DNA of 64,000 nt from Eledone cirrhosa (lineage: Eukaryota): assembly GCA_964016885.1 (NCBI GenBank), contig OZ024740.1, positions 326,492,001-326,556,000 of the forward strand. Reading direction: 5' to 3'. The stretch's first letter is position 1. Every line of letters begins with the position of its first letter. Of this stretch, positions 23,201 to 34,728 are shown in pieces. A program made the translations under genes and the position numbers. Under the pieces are notes generated by a model that saw only the letters and a list, made by a program, of their open reading frames with translations, searched no databases and was not told the origin of the DNA.

Positions 23201-24570
23201 TCTCCTCCTGCCTACAGGCCTGCTCCAGCCACAGACTTCGTCTGTCGCCAACAGCAGGTTTGCTTTCAGAAATTCCCACTCTCCCTCTATATTGTCCGAC
23301 TCTAAATGTTCTTCCTTACTGTTGAAAGCATCAAGTAATATGCTTTGAAATTTATTCCTGGCTGTGGGGTCCTTTAGCTTCCATATTTTTCTCCTGAGGA
23401 TAGTCCTCTTCTGCTGTCGAGTACGTCTCGTCCTGACTATGAGGTCGCTAATTATCAGTCTATGTTGGGAGGTGCATTCTTCATGGGGGAGGGATTTAGT
23501 GTTTACAACAGACACTCTGTCACGTCTTCTGGTAAGGATATAATCTACCTGGCTTGTGTGTTCCCCGGATCTATAGGTGATCAGGTGATTGTCACGTTTT
23601 TTGAAGTTAGTGTTACAGATAGTTAGGTTATTTGCATCACAGAATTCCAGGATTCTGGAGCCTTCCTCATTTCTAGTACCAAACCCATAGCCTCCATGGA
23701 TTTCGTCGTAGCCGTCACAATGTTGTCCAACGTGACCATTTAGGTCGCCTGCGATAATTATATAGTCACTGTCGGATATTTGGGAGGTAGTTAGCATCAG
23801 TGTCTCATAGAATCTGTCTTTTATAGTGCCGGGCAGTCCGGATTGGGGTGCGTACGCAGATATTACTGTCACCGTAGTTCTATTGAGGACAAGTCGTATT
23901 TTAATTATTCTGTCGTTCACTCTATTTACGTCTATTATCTTATCTGCCCACTTTTCTGCTACCATGATTCCTACTCCACCCAGCCCATCGTCGTTTCCCA
24001 CCCAGAAAAGCTTATAACATCGTTTTTTACCCTCAATGAACCTAGCAGACCCACCCCTCCACCTGGTCTCTTGAATACAACAAACATCGACCTCCTTACG
24101 TTCAAGCATTTCTACAACCTCGTTAGCGCGACCCTTTAGGGTGCCTACATTTATGGTACCAACTCTGAAGTTTTGGATTGCGTTTGGGGGTTGGGGGCGG
24201 TGGGGGGGCGGGGGGCGATGGGGTTATGTTAGCCGTCCGCGGTCGAAACAATGAGGAGTGCTCGCATTCTCGTCCAAGAGGTGAATTTGTCTTTATCTTT
24301 GGCATTGTCGCTGAGCGTCCAGATTTTTCTCTCTCTCTCCTCCACTCTCCAGGATTCCGCAGTCCATCCATCCATCATATATCGAAAAGCAACCAGGCAA
24401 GCGATAGTATAGGCCTCTGGCTTCTGATTGGTCCGCGTAATAATACTGGTGATGCGTGGGGGCTCTGGCTTATGATTGGATATGTTCTGTTGAGGTTTCT
24501 GTGTAAACAGGGGTGTTCATTGCAGTTATTTAGTGAAAGTATGCAGATAGTATTTCAACTTGACCTCTAG
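20201..24570 (-). mobile_element. Near full-length RTE LINE (APE endonuclease, RT, PHD) interrupted by an assembly gap; 5' boundary approximate
   Basis: GTINVGTL/IQETRW/GDLNGHVG/VDYIL APE motifs, then RT. One in-frame TAA at 21978-21980, a frame change near 24185-24225, long 3'UTR and a (TGA)n tail next to (TA)n. Confidence 0.95.
22824..23023. other. Assembly gap (200 N)
   Basis: Run of N; the flanks are partly duplicated. Confidence 1.
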
Positions 24571-25549
24571 TAAATGAGGAATGTGTGAATATAAGTATTT
24601 GTAATATACTTAATATATTCTTGATAAATAGTTCTTAATTAACTACATGTATGTGTGATTAGATATCAATCTTTTGTCACTAGTTTAACTCTTTTGATAC
24701 CAAATCACTTGGAACTACCCCTGGTTTTGCCATATGCAACTTAGTTTATATTTATCTAAAAGCTTTCCATTATATTTTTATTTAGGAACCTTTAAGTTGG
24801 TAATGTGAAAATTAGTTACATTTTTAAATCCCTTCAAATTATCAACTTCTCTTGTATCAAAAGACAACTCATTGACAGTTTCAAAAGTCTCAATTGTACC
24901 TACTTTTGCTGTTTACATAATGTTTATTCTGTTATTGTTCTCAGTCATTGAAAATTGGATGCAAAATAATAAAACATGTTATATAAATATAACATTTATT
25001 ATTTCACATTTTTTTCCCCAATTTGTAGGAGCAAGAATAACTCACTCTCTCACAGTCACTCTCACGGCCACACACATATACAAACACACACACACACATA
25101 CACACACAAAAAAAAAAGAATATGTGTCTTGACTTCCAGTAATGCATGCACAATGATAATCAAAATAAACTGAAACCAGTTATGAATCTTGGTAAACAGT
25201 ATATGAGTAGAAGTAAACTTCCGTTTTAGATGTCCATTGACCTATTAATCCTTTTCCCTCACCATCTCTCTACCTGCCTATCTATCTATATATATCTGTC
25301 CTTCTATTTGCCTCTATTTATTTATTATGCAATATAGAGAAACATCATTTGCAGCCATTAATGGAGATTGAACATGAACATATAAAAAACCCCACCCAAA
25401 CATGCATAAACATTCTTAGTTTCAAGAGTGCACACACACAATTTGAAACGATATGCACTTCATGTACTTTAAAAAAATCACTATCAATTTATTGCTGGTC
25501 TTGAAATTTTCGTTTTTCCTAAATAGAGCTATAGAAAAATATGGTTCAT

Positions 25550-25728
25550 ATATAAAAAAAAGTGTTCAAGTGCAGAAATGCTATAAAGAAAGCTTATTAG
25601 ATAGGGTAAAGACCCTTGAAAGACGGAAAAAGTTGCCATCGACCACTTTTTTTCCATCTTTTAAGGGTCTTCACTCTATTTTATAAGCTTTCTTTATAGC
25701 ATTTCTGCGCTTGAGCACTTTTTTTATA
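25550..25728. repeat. ~180-bp imperfect palindrome (foldback)
   Basis: aaaaaaagtgttcaagtgcagaaatgctataaagaaagctta pairs with taagcttttctttatagcatttctgcgcttgagcacttttttt; inner aagaccctt/aagggtctt stem. Confidence 0.85.
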
Positions 25729-27034
25729 CTCTCTCTCACACACACACATTCTCACTGCTTCAAAAGCTGAAAATTTAATGGTTTGTTATTCAACTGCTAT
25801 CATGCTGAGATGGCATCTTCATTGTCATTCATATCGATTCCAATACTTATTTCAATCTGGTGTTTATTTTATTCGTTCTTATTTGCTAATCCACTATGTT
25901 AAGGGACAAATACATGAGCACAGGCATTGAAACATGCACATCTATACATATACATACACACATAATCTGTTTTCCAAATTTCACTCACAAGTTATTGGTC
26001 AACCCTTGGCTCCAGTAAAAGACACCTGAACAAATCTAAAACCATGTGATTACAAAGCCCCCCACTTTTAACCACACAGCCACACCTGCACCTGTATTAA
26101 ATGATACATGTTTCATTTAATACAGGAAGAATCTCATTTTGTCAACTTGTATTTTATTCTTTCGGTCATTATCCAAGATTCATGATCACAGGTAAGGGAT
26201 TGCACAAATATCGAATTGAAGTCAGCGAGTTTGTCTTTCACACACACACACCTTTTTCTCGGATGACCAAATGCTGAAGCTAGTGCATTACTGCACCAGC
26301 TCATGCAATTCTTGCACTCAATTCAGCCTCCTGCCATCCATCACTTGTGAACATGACCCCAAGATACTTGAACTTCTCACCTGTTTCAGTGGAACTCCAT
26401 TCACATGTAGTGTGCACTGCACAGGCTTCCTTGAGAAGATGAGTGTCTCATTCTAAGCAGAACTGATTTTCATTTTTGTTGAGCAGCACTCGGCATCAAA
26501 CCTATCAAGTGCATGTTGGAGATCACCTTCTGATAAGTTAAGTAACATCATGCCATCTTTGAATTCCAGTCGACTGATCCTACACCTGCCTGACTTGATA
26601 CCACTTCCAACCTGGCTGTGCATGTCAATCCTGTTCATGAAGATTATGAACAGGAGATGTGACAGTATACACCTTTGGTGAAGTTCGACTCTCACATTGA
26701 ATGGTTTCGATTTAGCACCATTTATCCGAATGCAAATATTCAGGCATTCATATAGAGATATCAGAGAAACATGAAGCTGTCCATCGATCCATACTCCTGC
26801 AGAACCTTTCACAACGTTGAATGCAGTTGAATGCCTTTTCGAGGTCTACAAAGCAGGCATATACCTTTTGGCAAAACTCAAACAATTTCTCAATGACTTG
26901 CTGCAGTGTGAATATTTGGTTGACTGTGCTGAAAACCACACTGTCCAACAGCTAGCTTGGACTTGACAATATCCCCACTACTCTTTGGCAGACACTTAGC
27001 ATAGATTTTACTGGGGAGGCTTAACAAGGAGATC

Positions 27035-27400
27035 TATAGCGAGATTACTGGTTGCATGAATGTAACAAAACGAGACAATGTTTGTGTATATAATATTTAA
27101 TTAACGGTAGATGGAATACTTGACATGTCAAAGATAGATGTTAGAATGAAACAAAGTTAGTAGTTACCGTTTTGATTGCCAGGCAAACGCGGCTGGCAGA
27201 GGGCGCCTGGCCTTAGCCAGGCGCCTGTTGGCCAAATTAATGGCAGAGCCAAATGAGAAGACTCTTGACCTGGTGCCGAAAAGGCAAAGAGAGAGAGGAA
27301 GCTCAAAGTTGCTAGTTTTATAGGGCTCTGACCGGAAGTTGCAGAAAGGGTTCCACTTCCCGTCTAGATCCCAATCAAAACAAGGGAGACAACCGCTACA
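27035..27400 (-). repeat. 3' LTR
   Basis: Minus strand TGTAGCG...CGCTATA; TATAAAA at 27316-27322. Confidence 0.92.
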
Positions 27401-28713
27401 TAACCTCCCGCCAGAATTTTAGTGTATAAAAATCGAAATGAAAATATGTAGCAAGTTGGCGAGAATGTTGTAACAGGCATGAAAATTACGACAAAAGAAT
27501 GTTTGGAAAAATCAATGATAGATATCAAGGTAGCCAACCGCTCTTGGCCAGAGCACGACTGGACATCCATCTATCCATCACCCAAAGATACAATGTAATA
27601 AAGTAAAAGTAATAGAAGAGCTCAAAGTTCAAAATATAGTTCACAGGTGTGCAATCACATGACAGCTGGAAAGAAAGTGTGTTCCAGAGAATGAATGCAG
27701 GTGGTTTCTGTTCTGTGGTATATCGTGAAATTTCCAACCTCCGAATGGATTTTCTCACAGGAAGAGTGCTGCAAAAATAAATTCTCTGGCTTTGGTGAAG
27801 CTGTGTTGATGTATTGCTGTTGCTGCTGCTGTTGTCTCGCTGAGTGAGCGTATTCGGTGTTTAAATTCACAGTAAAAAAATTTTTTTTTAGAAAAAAAAT
27901 GAGTTGCGCAAAGTGCTAGAAATAGCAGCCGAAGTTGATGGTCGATGTTGAGAATGCGTTGACCTGGAAGGGTCAAGAGGCCAGCGACCAGAGAAATAAG
28001 CATTCTTAATAAATGCGCGGTTATCAACGGTAAATTTACATTGTAAATTTATAAACCGGCAAATAGAAGAATATAGCTTAAGGCTGAAGAATCCCTGGTG
28101 ATAAATGGCGTGCGGCTGTCTGAGTAGAGACATCTCAGTGAATCGAGAATTTATGCTGCCTACACGTGCCAATACAAGGTTGAAAAAAAAATATTTCTAA
28201 CGCGCGAGAAAATGATAGTGCAATTTTGAAAGTGACAATGATGAAAAAGAAAGGCTTCAATCAGCATAATTATAGGTGTGAACTTTTGGAAAAAAAACAA
28301 AAAACTTGAACGATGAAGAAAACGAAGAACAAAAGGCAATGGTTCATCGAAAATAAATGTTCCTGTTGAAATGTTTTTTAAAGAATATCAAATTTTTTTT
28401 TTTTTGTGTTTTGAAAGAGTTCGTTGTAAGAAACGAGAAACATATATATATATCGTGAAATGTTTTTTTTTTGTTTTGAAAGTGTTCGTTGTAAGAAACG
28501 AGAAACATATATATATATATTGGTGAAATGCGACAGTTAATTGATGCGTGAGAGAAAAAGTATGTCTGTGCGAATTCCACATGTGCGTGTGTGCGTGTCC
28601 TTGAGTATTTTCATAGTTTGTCGCTAAATTTGCTGTGTATTCGTAATGTTACTCACAAAACCAGATGTGCTATTTTTTTCTTTTTTTGGGGGTGACCACT
28701 TATAGCGATGAAC

Positions 28714-28745
28714 GGCTGCGTGTTCGTATCACGTCAGGGTTACCA
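28714..28745 (-). promoter_or_regulatory. Primer-binding site for tRNA-Trp, extended to ~32 nt
   Basis: Plus strand GGCTGCGTGTTCGTATCACGTCAGGGTTACCA versus the metazoan tRNA-Trp 3' half GGCTGCGTGTTCGAATCACGTCGGGGTCACCA (recalled sequence); 1 nt from the LTR. Confidence 0.85.
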
Positions 28746-28746
28746 A

Positions 28747-29112
28747 TATTGCGATAATACTGGTTGAATGAATGTAACAAAACGAGACAATGTTTGTGTA
28801 TATAATATTTAATTAACGGTAGATGGAATACTTGACATGTCAAAGATAGATGTTAGAATGAAACAAAGTTAGTAGTTACCGTTTTGATTGCCAGGCAAAC
28901 GCGGCTGGCAGAGGGCGCCTGGCCTTAGCCAGGCGCCTGTTGGCCAAATTAATGGCAGAGCCAAATGAGAAGACTCTTGACCTGGTGCCGAAAAGGCAAA
29001 GAGAGAGAGGAAGCTCAAAGTTGCTAGTTTTATAGGGCTCTGACCGGAAGTTGCAGAAAGGGTTCCACTTCCCGTCTAGATCCCAATCAAAACAAGGGAG
29101 ACAACCGCTACA
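28747..29112 (-). repeat. 5' LTR
   Basis: Matches the 3' LTR except 4 positions seen by eye in the terminal 21 nt. Confidence 0.92.
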
Positions 29113-30816
29113 GATCCTTCTATAATTGGAGCAATCTCTTGTTTCCCTTTTTGGAAATTTGGATCATCACTCCCAATTGCCATTGCTTAGGTGCTCTCTA
29201 TGCTTAAATGCCTTCCATCCCTGCTATCAGGAACACATCTAGGGTTGTCCCCTCTTAAGAGAGGTGCACCCTTGGGAGGTGGAGAGAATACTTTGTTGGT
29301 TTCCTAAACCCAGTTGCAATAACATCTGGTGTGTGTGTGTGTGAGAGATTTTGGGGATCTACAGATGGTATTTCTAACTTGCCAAATGATTTTGATTAGC
29401 TGATATCATTACTGGAATTTTAAAGTTTTAAACACTGCTAGATGGAGTTTTTCTCTTCTAGTGGATAATCTTGGTTAAACAAGATTTTTTTCCAACTCAC
29501 TATATTACATATATGTAAGATCCTACCTTATGGTTATTAAATATATAGAACACTCCTCTGAGATACTTTCTCTTGATTGTATTGTTACTAACACTATTAG
29601 TTAATTATGGCTTATAAAGCACTATTTTCATATTTAATTTTTGCTTCCTGTTTTACCTCCATTATTTTTCTTGGCTTGTGGTGAATTGGCAGTATCGGTA
29701 GAGAGTCTGACGCCAAAAGTAGAAACAATTATTTTTCTTGGCTTGCAATGGTTTTTGCCATAGCATTTTTCTTCTGATGATTTTTGTTGAAGTAGTAGCT
29801 TTTCCAGCTGGATGCCCTTCCATTAACCATTCAACCACCAAGTAGAAAGTGAAAGCTGTTTGATTTTTTTTAATCAGGTAGATTGAGTCAAGTAGAGTTA
29901 TGTTTTATTCATTGGCAGAATGGTTACTGAATTAAGGTTTGATGTCATGACCAGGAGGTCAGTAGTTGATTATCTTAACCTCACAGCAATTGGGCTTTGT
30001 TATTTTTCATGTATATTATTGAATACTTGAAGGATACAGGTGAGCAAGAGAACATGACTTTGTAGTTAAGTTTGCTTCACAATCATGTGATTTTGGGTTC
30101 TATCTTACTGTGCATCTCCTGGGGCAAGTATCTTCTACTTGTAGCCCTGAGTTCATTTATACTTTGTTAGTGAAATTATTAGATAGAAATTGGTATAGAA
30201 GACTGTTACATGAAATGTATCTGTTTTTCAGTGGTAGATTTAATATCACCAAGTTTAACACCTCCACCTGACCATAGGGTGTCTATCATGGTGTCCAGTC
30301 TATAGAAATCATTTGGATCAAGTCTGAGGATAAGTCAATGTAGATTTGTACTGCTCCCTAGTGCAGAAAGCTATTAACCTGTTTATGACTCCAATTCTAA
30401 AAAAATACACTATATTTTAATTAATTAATGAAGAATTTTGAGGGATTTACTAAAATTATTAAATATTTCATTACTAAGGTAGTAACTTATGTAATCTTAT
30501 ATAAAATTATGATGGAAGATTTTAATTTAAATTGAAATCCTTTAAAATGGGTGGTTTTATTTCAGAGAACCAGAGCTGGTTTTGGCTGGAGTGGAAACCT
30601 AAGGGTTAAAGTTGTATTTTTTCCACCCATTCCCCCAGTAGTCCTGAAGGTTGTGAGAATTGCCCTTCTTCCTATGAGTAATCCTTAAAAAGATTGAAAG
30701 GAAAATGATTTCATGTCTATGTTTCTTTAGAAATATTATTATCAATTAGTTGCCTAAAGAATGTTAAGAAGGAGCTACAGACTAAAATTAACTTCAAACA
30801 TTATGAAGGACAAAGG

Positions 30817-31200
30817 TATAGGCAGTGGATTGGTAGTATCAGTAGAGGGTCGGAAGCGATGCTTTGATGCATATTTACGGCCCTTGCCATTCTGAGTTCA
30901 AATCCCGCCGAGGTTAACTTTGCCTTTCATCCTTAGGGGGTCTATAAAATAAAGAACCAGTAATTCACTGGGTAATTGCTGACCTTGTGCCAAAGTAGAA
31001 ACCATTATTAGGGTGGTGAATTGGCAGTATCGGTAGAGGGTCGGACGCCATACTTTCCAGCATTGTTACGTCCCTTTACGGTCTGAGTTCAAATCCCGCC
31101 GAGGTTAACTTTGCTTTTCATCCTTATGGAGTTGATAAAATAAAGTACCAGTAATGCACTGGGTAATTACTGGCCTTGTGCCAAAAGTAGAAACAACTAT
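30817..31200 (+). mobile_element. Two tandem tRNA-derived SINEs (~190 bp each)
   Basis: A box TGGCAGTATCGG, B box GAGTTCAAATCC, central gcctttcatcc...gataaaataaagtaccag (resembles the Meta/MESC SINE domain from memory), (ATT) tail. Confidence 0.85.
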
Positions 31201-31380
31201 GAATGACAAAGAAAAATACCTCATGCGTGGAATTCTTTCTTTCATTTGTGTATGTGTATGTGTGTGTGTGTGTGCATGTAGAAGTTCAGGGTAATAATAG
31301 GCTACTGGATTAGCCAAAGTAAACTACTACACTCTACTATTAGTATTGAGTACTTTTCTCCCATTCATTAAAACCAAAAG

Positions 31381-31381
<1 letters not shown>

Positions 31382-31457
<76 letters not shown>
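31382..31457. repeat. (TG)n microsatellite
   Basis: Direct reading. Confidence 0.98.
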
Positions 31458-31463
<6 letters not shown>

Positions 31464-31564
31464 AATATGTACACAGATACATGCATACACAACATACACT
31501 TTTCCTGTTCTCATTGCTGCTTCACTCCAGTGACTATTTATGCATATATACATGTATTTGTTAG

Positions 31565-31683
31565 GTTCTTCCGACAGTCATGCTTGGTCATTTATTCAGG
31601 ATGCCACTATACCTTCCAGAGACAGTGTAGAAGTTTCTTTTGCTGAACTTGGATTGGCAGAAGACCACTTTTCTCATCCAGGG
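31565..31683 (+). CDS. DEF8: DEF8 coding exon 3
   Basis: ttgttAG acceptor, GTAAAT donor. ELGLAEDHFSHPG matches DEF8 DLGLSEDHFSRP. Confidence 0.9.
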
Positions 31684-31807
31684 GTAAATAAATTTTTTCA
31701 ACGGTTTCCATCTAAAAGTTTATCATCATTGGTATTGTTTAATTCTGAAGAAGTTTTGAGTCAACAAGTCATCATATTTTGTATTTACATTATTTACGAT
31801 TGTAAAG

Positions 31808-31999
31808 GGTGGTGGATTGGCAGTATCGTTATAGGGTCGGGCGCCATTATTTGACACATAGAGTTACGGCCCTTGCCATTCTGAGTTCAAATCCCGCTGA
31901 GGTTAACTTTGCCTTTCATCCTTATGGGGTCGATAAAATCAAGTACCAGTAATACACTGGGTAATTACTGGCCTTGTGCCAAAAGTAGAAACAATTATT
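31808..31999 (+). mobile_element. tRNA-derived SINE, same family
   Basis: Same A/B boxes, central domain and tail. Confidence 0.85.
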
Positions 32000-33527
32000 G
32001 ACTATTGTATTTTCATTATTCTATATTTACTATTGTATTCATGGTAAAGGCTTTATCTCACATAATCTCAAATCTACGAGATTTTGATGCTGTTGTTGTT
32101 TATTTTGAAAACAATATTTTAATGTCAGCATGAGTGGCCAGTTATGACTGGTTTGATCAGAAAAAGGGGCTCAAATTTTGGCTGGATATGGCCAGTTTGA
32201 ATTCTAATAGGTTAAGGTCATTGTCTTCCTCATCACAATCGCCATCATTATCATTCTTGCAGTTATTAAGTTGGTCAATATTACCATCATCATCACCACT
32301 GCCATTATCATCATCATGACTATAATCATCATTATATCCACCATCATTGTAATCATAACTGTCATCATTATCAGTGTTTTAACATTCACTTTCCCTGCTA
32401 GCAAGGGTTGGATGGGTCTACATAGACTGTCAGTACTGAAGCAGGGCTACTGATCTCCCAAACAAGCCAGGGATCTGTCGTTTTGCTTATGTATGGTCTC
32501 ACATTCTACGAAGTGCACAGGAGAGGTTGTTATGTCTTTGACACTACTGAAGGTCCTCCAAATCTTTGTTTGGCAAGCTTTCTATGGCTGGATGTCCTTC
32601 CTATCACCAATCACTTTACAGTGTATACTGAGTGCATTTATCATGTAGATCACCAACACTAGGGAGGTTGTCATGCCCTTGATGTGACTAGCTGGTCCTT
32701 CCAACTCTTTGTCTGGCAAGCTTTCTACAGCTGGATGCCCTTAATATAGATATAAATCATTCTAGAACACTACTATAACAACATCTTAGAAATACTAATC
32801 TCTTTCTTAGACAAACTTAAAAGAATGCATACAAAATTAGTTACAGCATCAATAGCATGAATAGGTCAAATGCTGTGTTGGGTTGCACAGCAGCAATGAG
32901 TGCAAAGGTATAACAGCTAGTGTGTTTGGACCAAAACTACCATGCCCACCTTTGTTCAGGCTATCACCAGAAACTACAGATATATAGAAACATAGTAGTG
33001 GACAGTGGTAAAAATACATGTCTAAACTGCCACAATGCACCACATTTATGCACTGTATGTCAGTATATGCAGTATGGTCTTCAACTATACAACTACTACT
33101 ACTACCACCACCAGCAGCATCATCATCATCATAACAACATCATAACTACTGATAAGTCTTTGTTATTGGTTTTGGAATTATTTAATTCAATTCATTTTAA
33201 ACAAGGGTATTGGATACATCATCATTATCATCATCATCATCAATATTTCATGTATGTTTTTCCATGTATTTTCCCAAGAGTTTTTTGGTAGGTCATTTAA
33301 TACATATATTCAACCATCTCCAATTGATCTGGCTAGATGACCAAGTGAAATCAGCTGAGCTCATGTAAGCATGGAAAAAGTGGGTGTAATGATGATGATG
33401 ATGATATTTAAAGGGTCAGGCATTAAAAAACTAAGCAAAAAACAAAAAGACATTTACTATTCTGAAATGTTTATTGATCAGTTTTGTTATGGAAGTGGTG
33501 ATAAATTAACTACCGTTATTATTGCAG

Positions 33528-33689
33528 GGACATTTCGGACAAACTACTGAAGAGGAATTGAATATGGCCATTGACAACTGTAAAGAGCTGATCCGTCAGT
33601 GTGATCCATCAGATCCAATAAGTGCTCACCGACAACAGAAACTGGTACAGAAATTAATTCAGTTGCGCATGCACTACCAAGAGCTGAAG
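33528..33689 (+). CDS. DEF8: DEF8 coding exon 4 (coiled-coil region)
   Basis: ttgcAG/GTAGGT. AIDNCKELI...VQKLIQLRMHYQELK matches DEF8 AIEECKQVI...VVRLIHLRLKLQELK. Confidence 0.93.
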
Positions 33690-33896
33690 GTAGGTTCTAC
33701 TTGCTGTTATTGTTTTGAGAAAAATTTGACATGATCACAGCTTATAGAATATTCATAGTGGGACTCTCATATGTTTATTATACATAAACATATTGTATAT
33801 GCTTTCATATACACACCTTTGATATACATGCCTGTAATAAACAAGCAAAACTCCAGAATAACGTGACTCACTTTTTAGCCTTAATAAAATGAATAT

Positions 33897-34160
33897 ATCA
33901 TCATCATTATCATCTTCGTTTAACGTCCATTTTCCACGCTAGCATGGGTTAGACGGAAGTTGTCCCACTTGAGGCAAGGTTGGTCGGGTGACCATGTCTC
34001 GCACATATAGGACTATCTGGCAGGTTTTCTATGGCTGGATGACCTTCCTAACACCAACCACATTTACAGTGTGGAACTGGAAAATTTTTACCGTGTTACC
34101 TACACGGCCACATTACAGCGTGGGCTGTGTGTTTTTTCTCGTGACACCTACACTATCTCA
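33897..34160 (-). mobile_element. RTE 3'UTR-only insertion
   Basis: (TGA)n tail, UTR motifs, ends in (TA)n. Confidence 0.85.
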
Positions 34161-34728
34161 TATATATATATATATAGTATATATATAGATATAATTATAT
34201 TAGGTATAAATCGAAGTTGTATAAGAATGTGTGTTTAAAATACTGTGGTATTTAAAGCATTAAAAAATTCACTGAATAAGTACTCAATACTGCTAGGTGG
34301 ATTATAGAAATATATTTTAAAGTTCAATTCTGCTGCATGGCACCTTATTGCAAGCATGCAGACATGGTCTTTGATCTGATCAATGATATCTTGGTGTACT
34401 TCTTTCTTTTGTACCACTCCCTGAGCTATGAGTTTATTTTCTGACACTCAACTGTCTCATAGGCCCTATAACATGGAGGGAGAATTGCCTTTCTTCCACT
34501 GGCTAAGCCATAGAAAATCAAGTATTTGTTTATTTAATTATATATATATATATATGTGTATATATTTATTACATAAATATATATATATATATATATATTG
34601 AGCTCAGCTGTCGGGGTCTTACTGGTTCCTATTACCCACTCTACTACCTCAAGTATTGAGTACTTTGGTGCGTTATGGTCCACCTGGTTCCTTACCACAT
34701 TTCCTTCGTTATATATATATATATATAT

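Larger units (their letters stand above)
27035..29112 (-). mobile_element. Non-autonomous LTR retrotransposon (TRIM/LARD-like, probably Gypsy-mobilised)
   Basis: 366-bp LTRs at 27035-27400 and 28747-29112, GATC TSD at 27031-34 and 29113-16, tRNA-Trp PBS, PPT-like GGCGGGAGG, no gag/pol ORF inside. Confidence 0.92.
26130..29260 (-). mobile_element. Old RTE-like LINE relic, split by the LTR element
   Basis: FVDLEKAF and other RT remnants at 26450-27030. Removing the LTR element rejoins KGNKRDCSNYRRI/SLLSLPSKIYAK. Confidence 0.8.

Noticed and set aside
27364-28582. Short ORFs in the LTR element interior as gag/env
   Set aside because: All under 100 aa, with no CCHC, protease, RT or integrase motifs.
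28700-28745. tRNA-Trp gene
   Set aside because: Only the 3' half is present, with encoded CCA, adjacent to an LTR; treated as a PBS.
31011-31100. tRNA gene
   Set aside because: A/B boxes are present, but it continues into a SINE body found in many copies and gives no clean cloverleaf.
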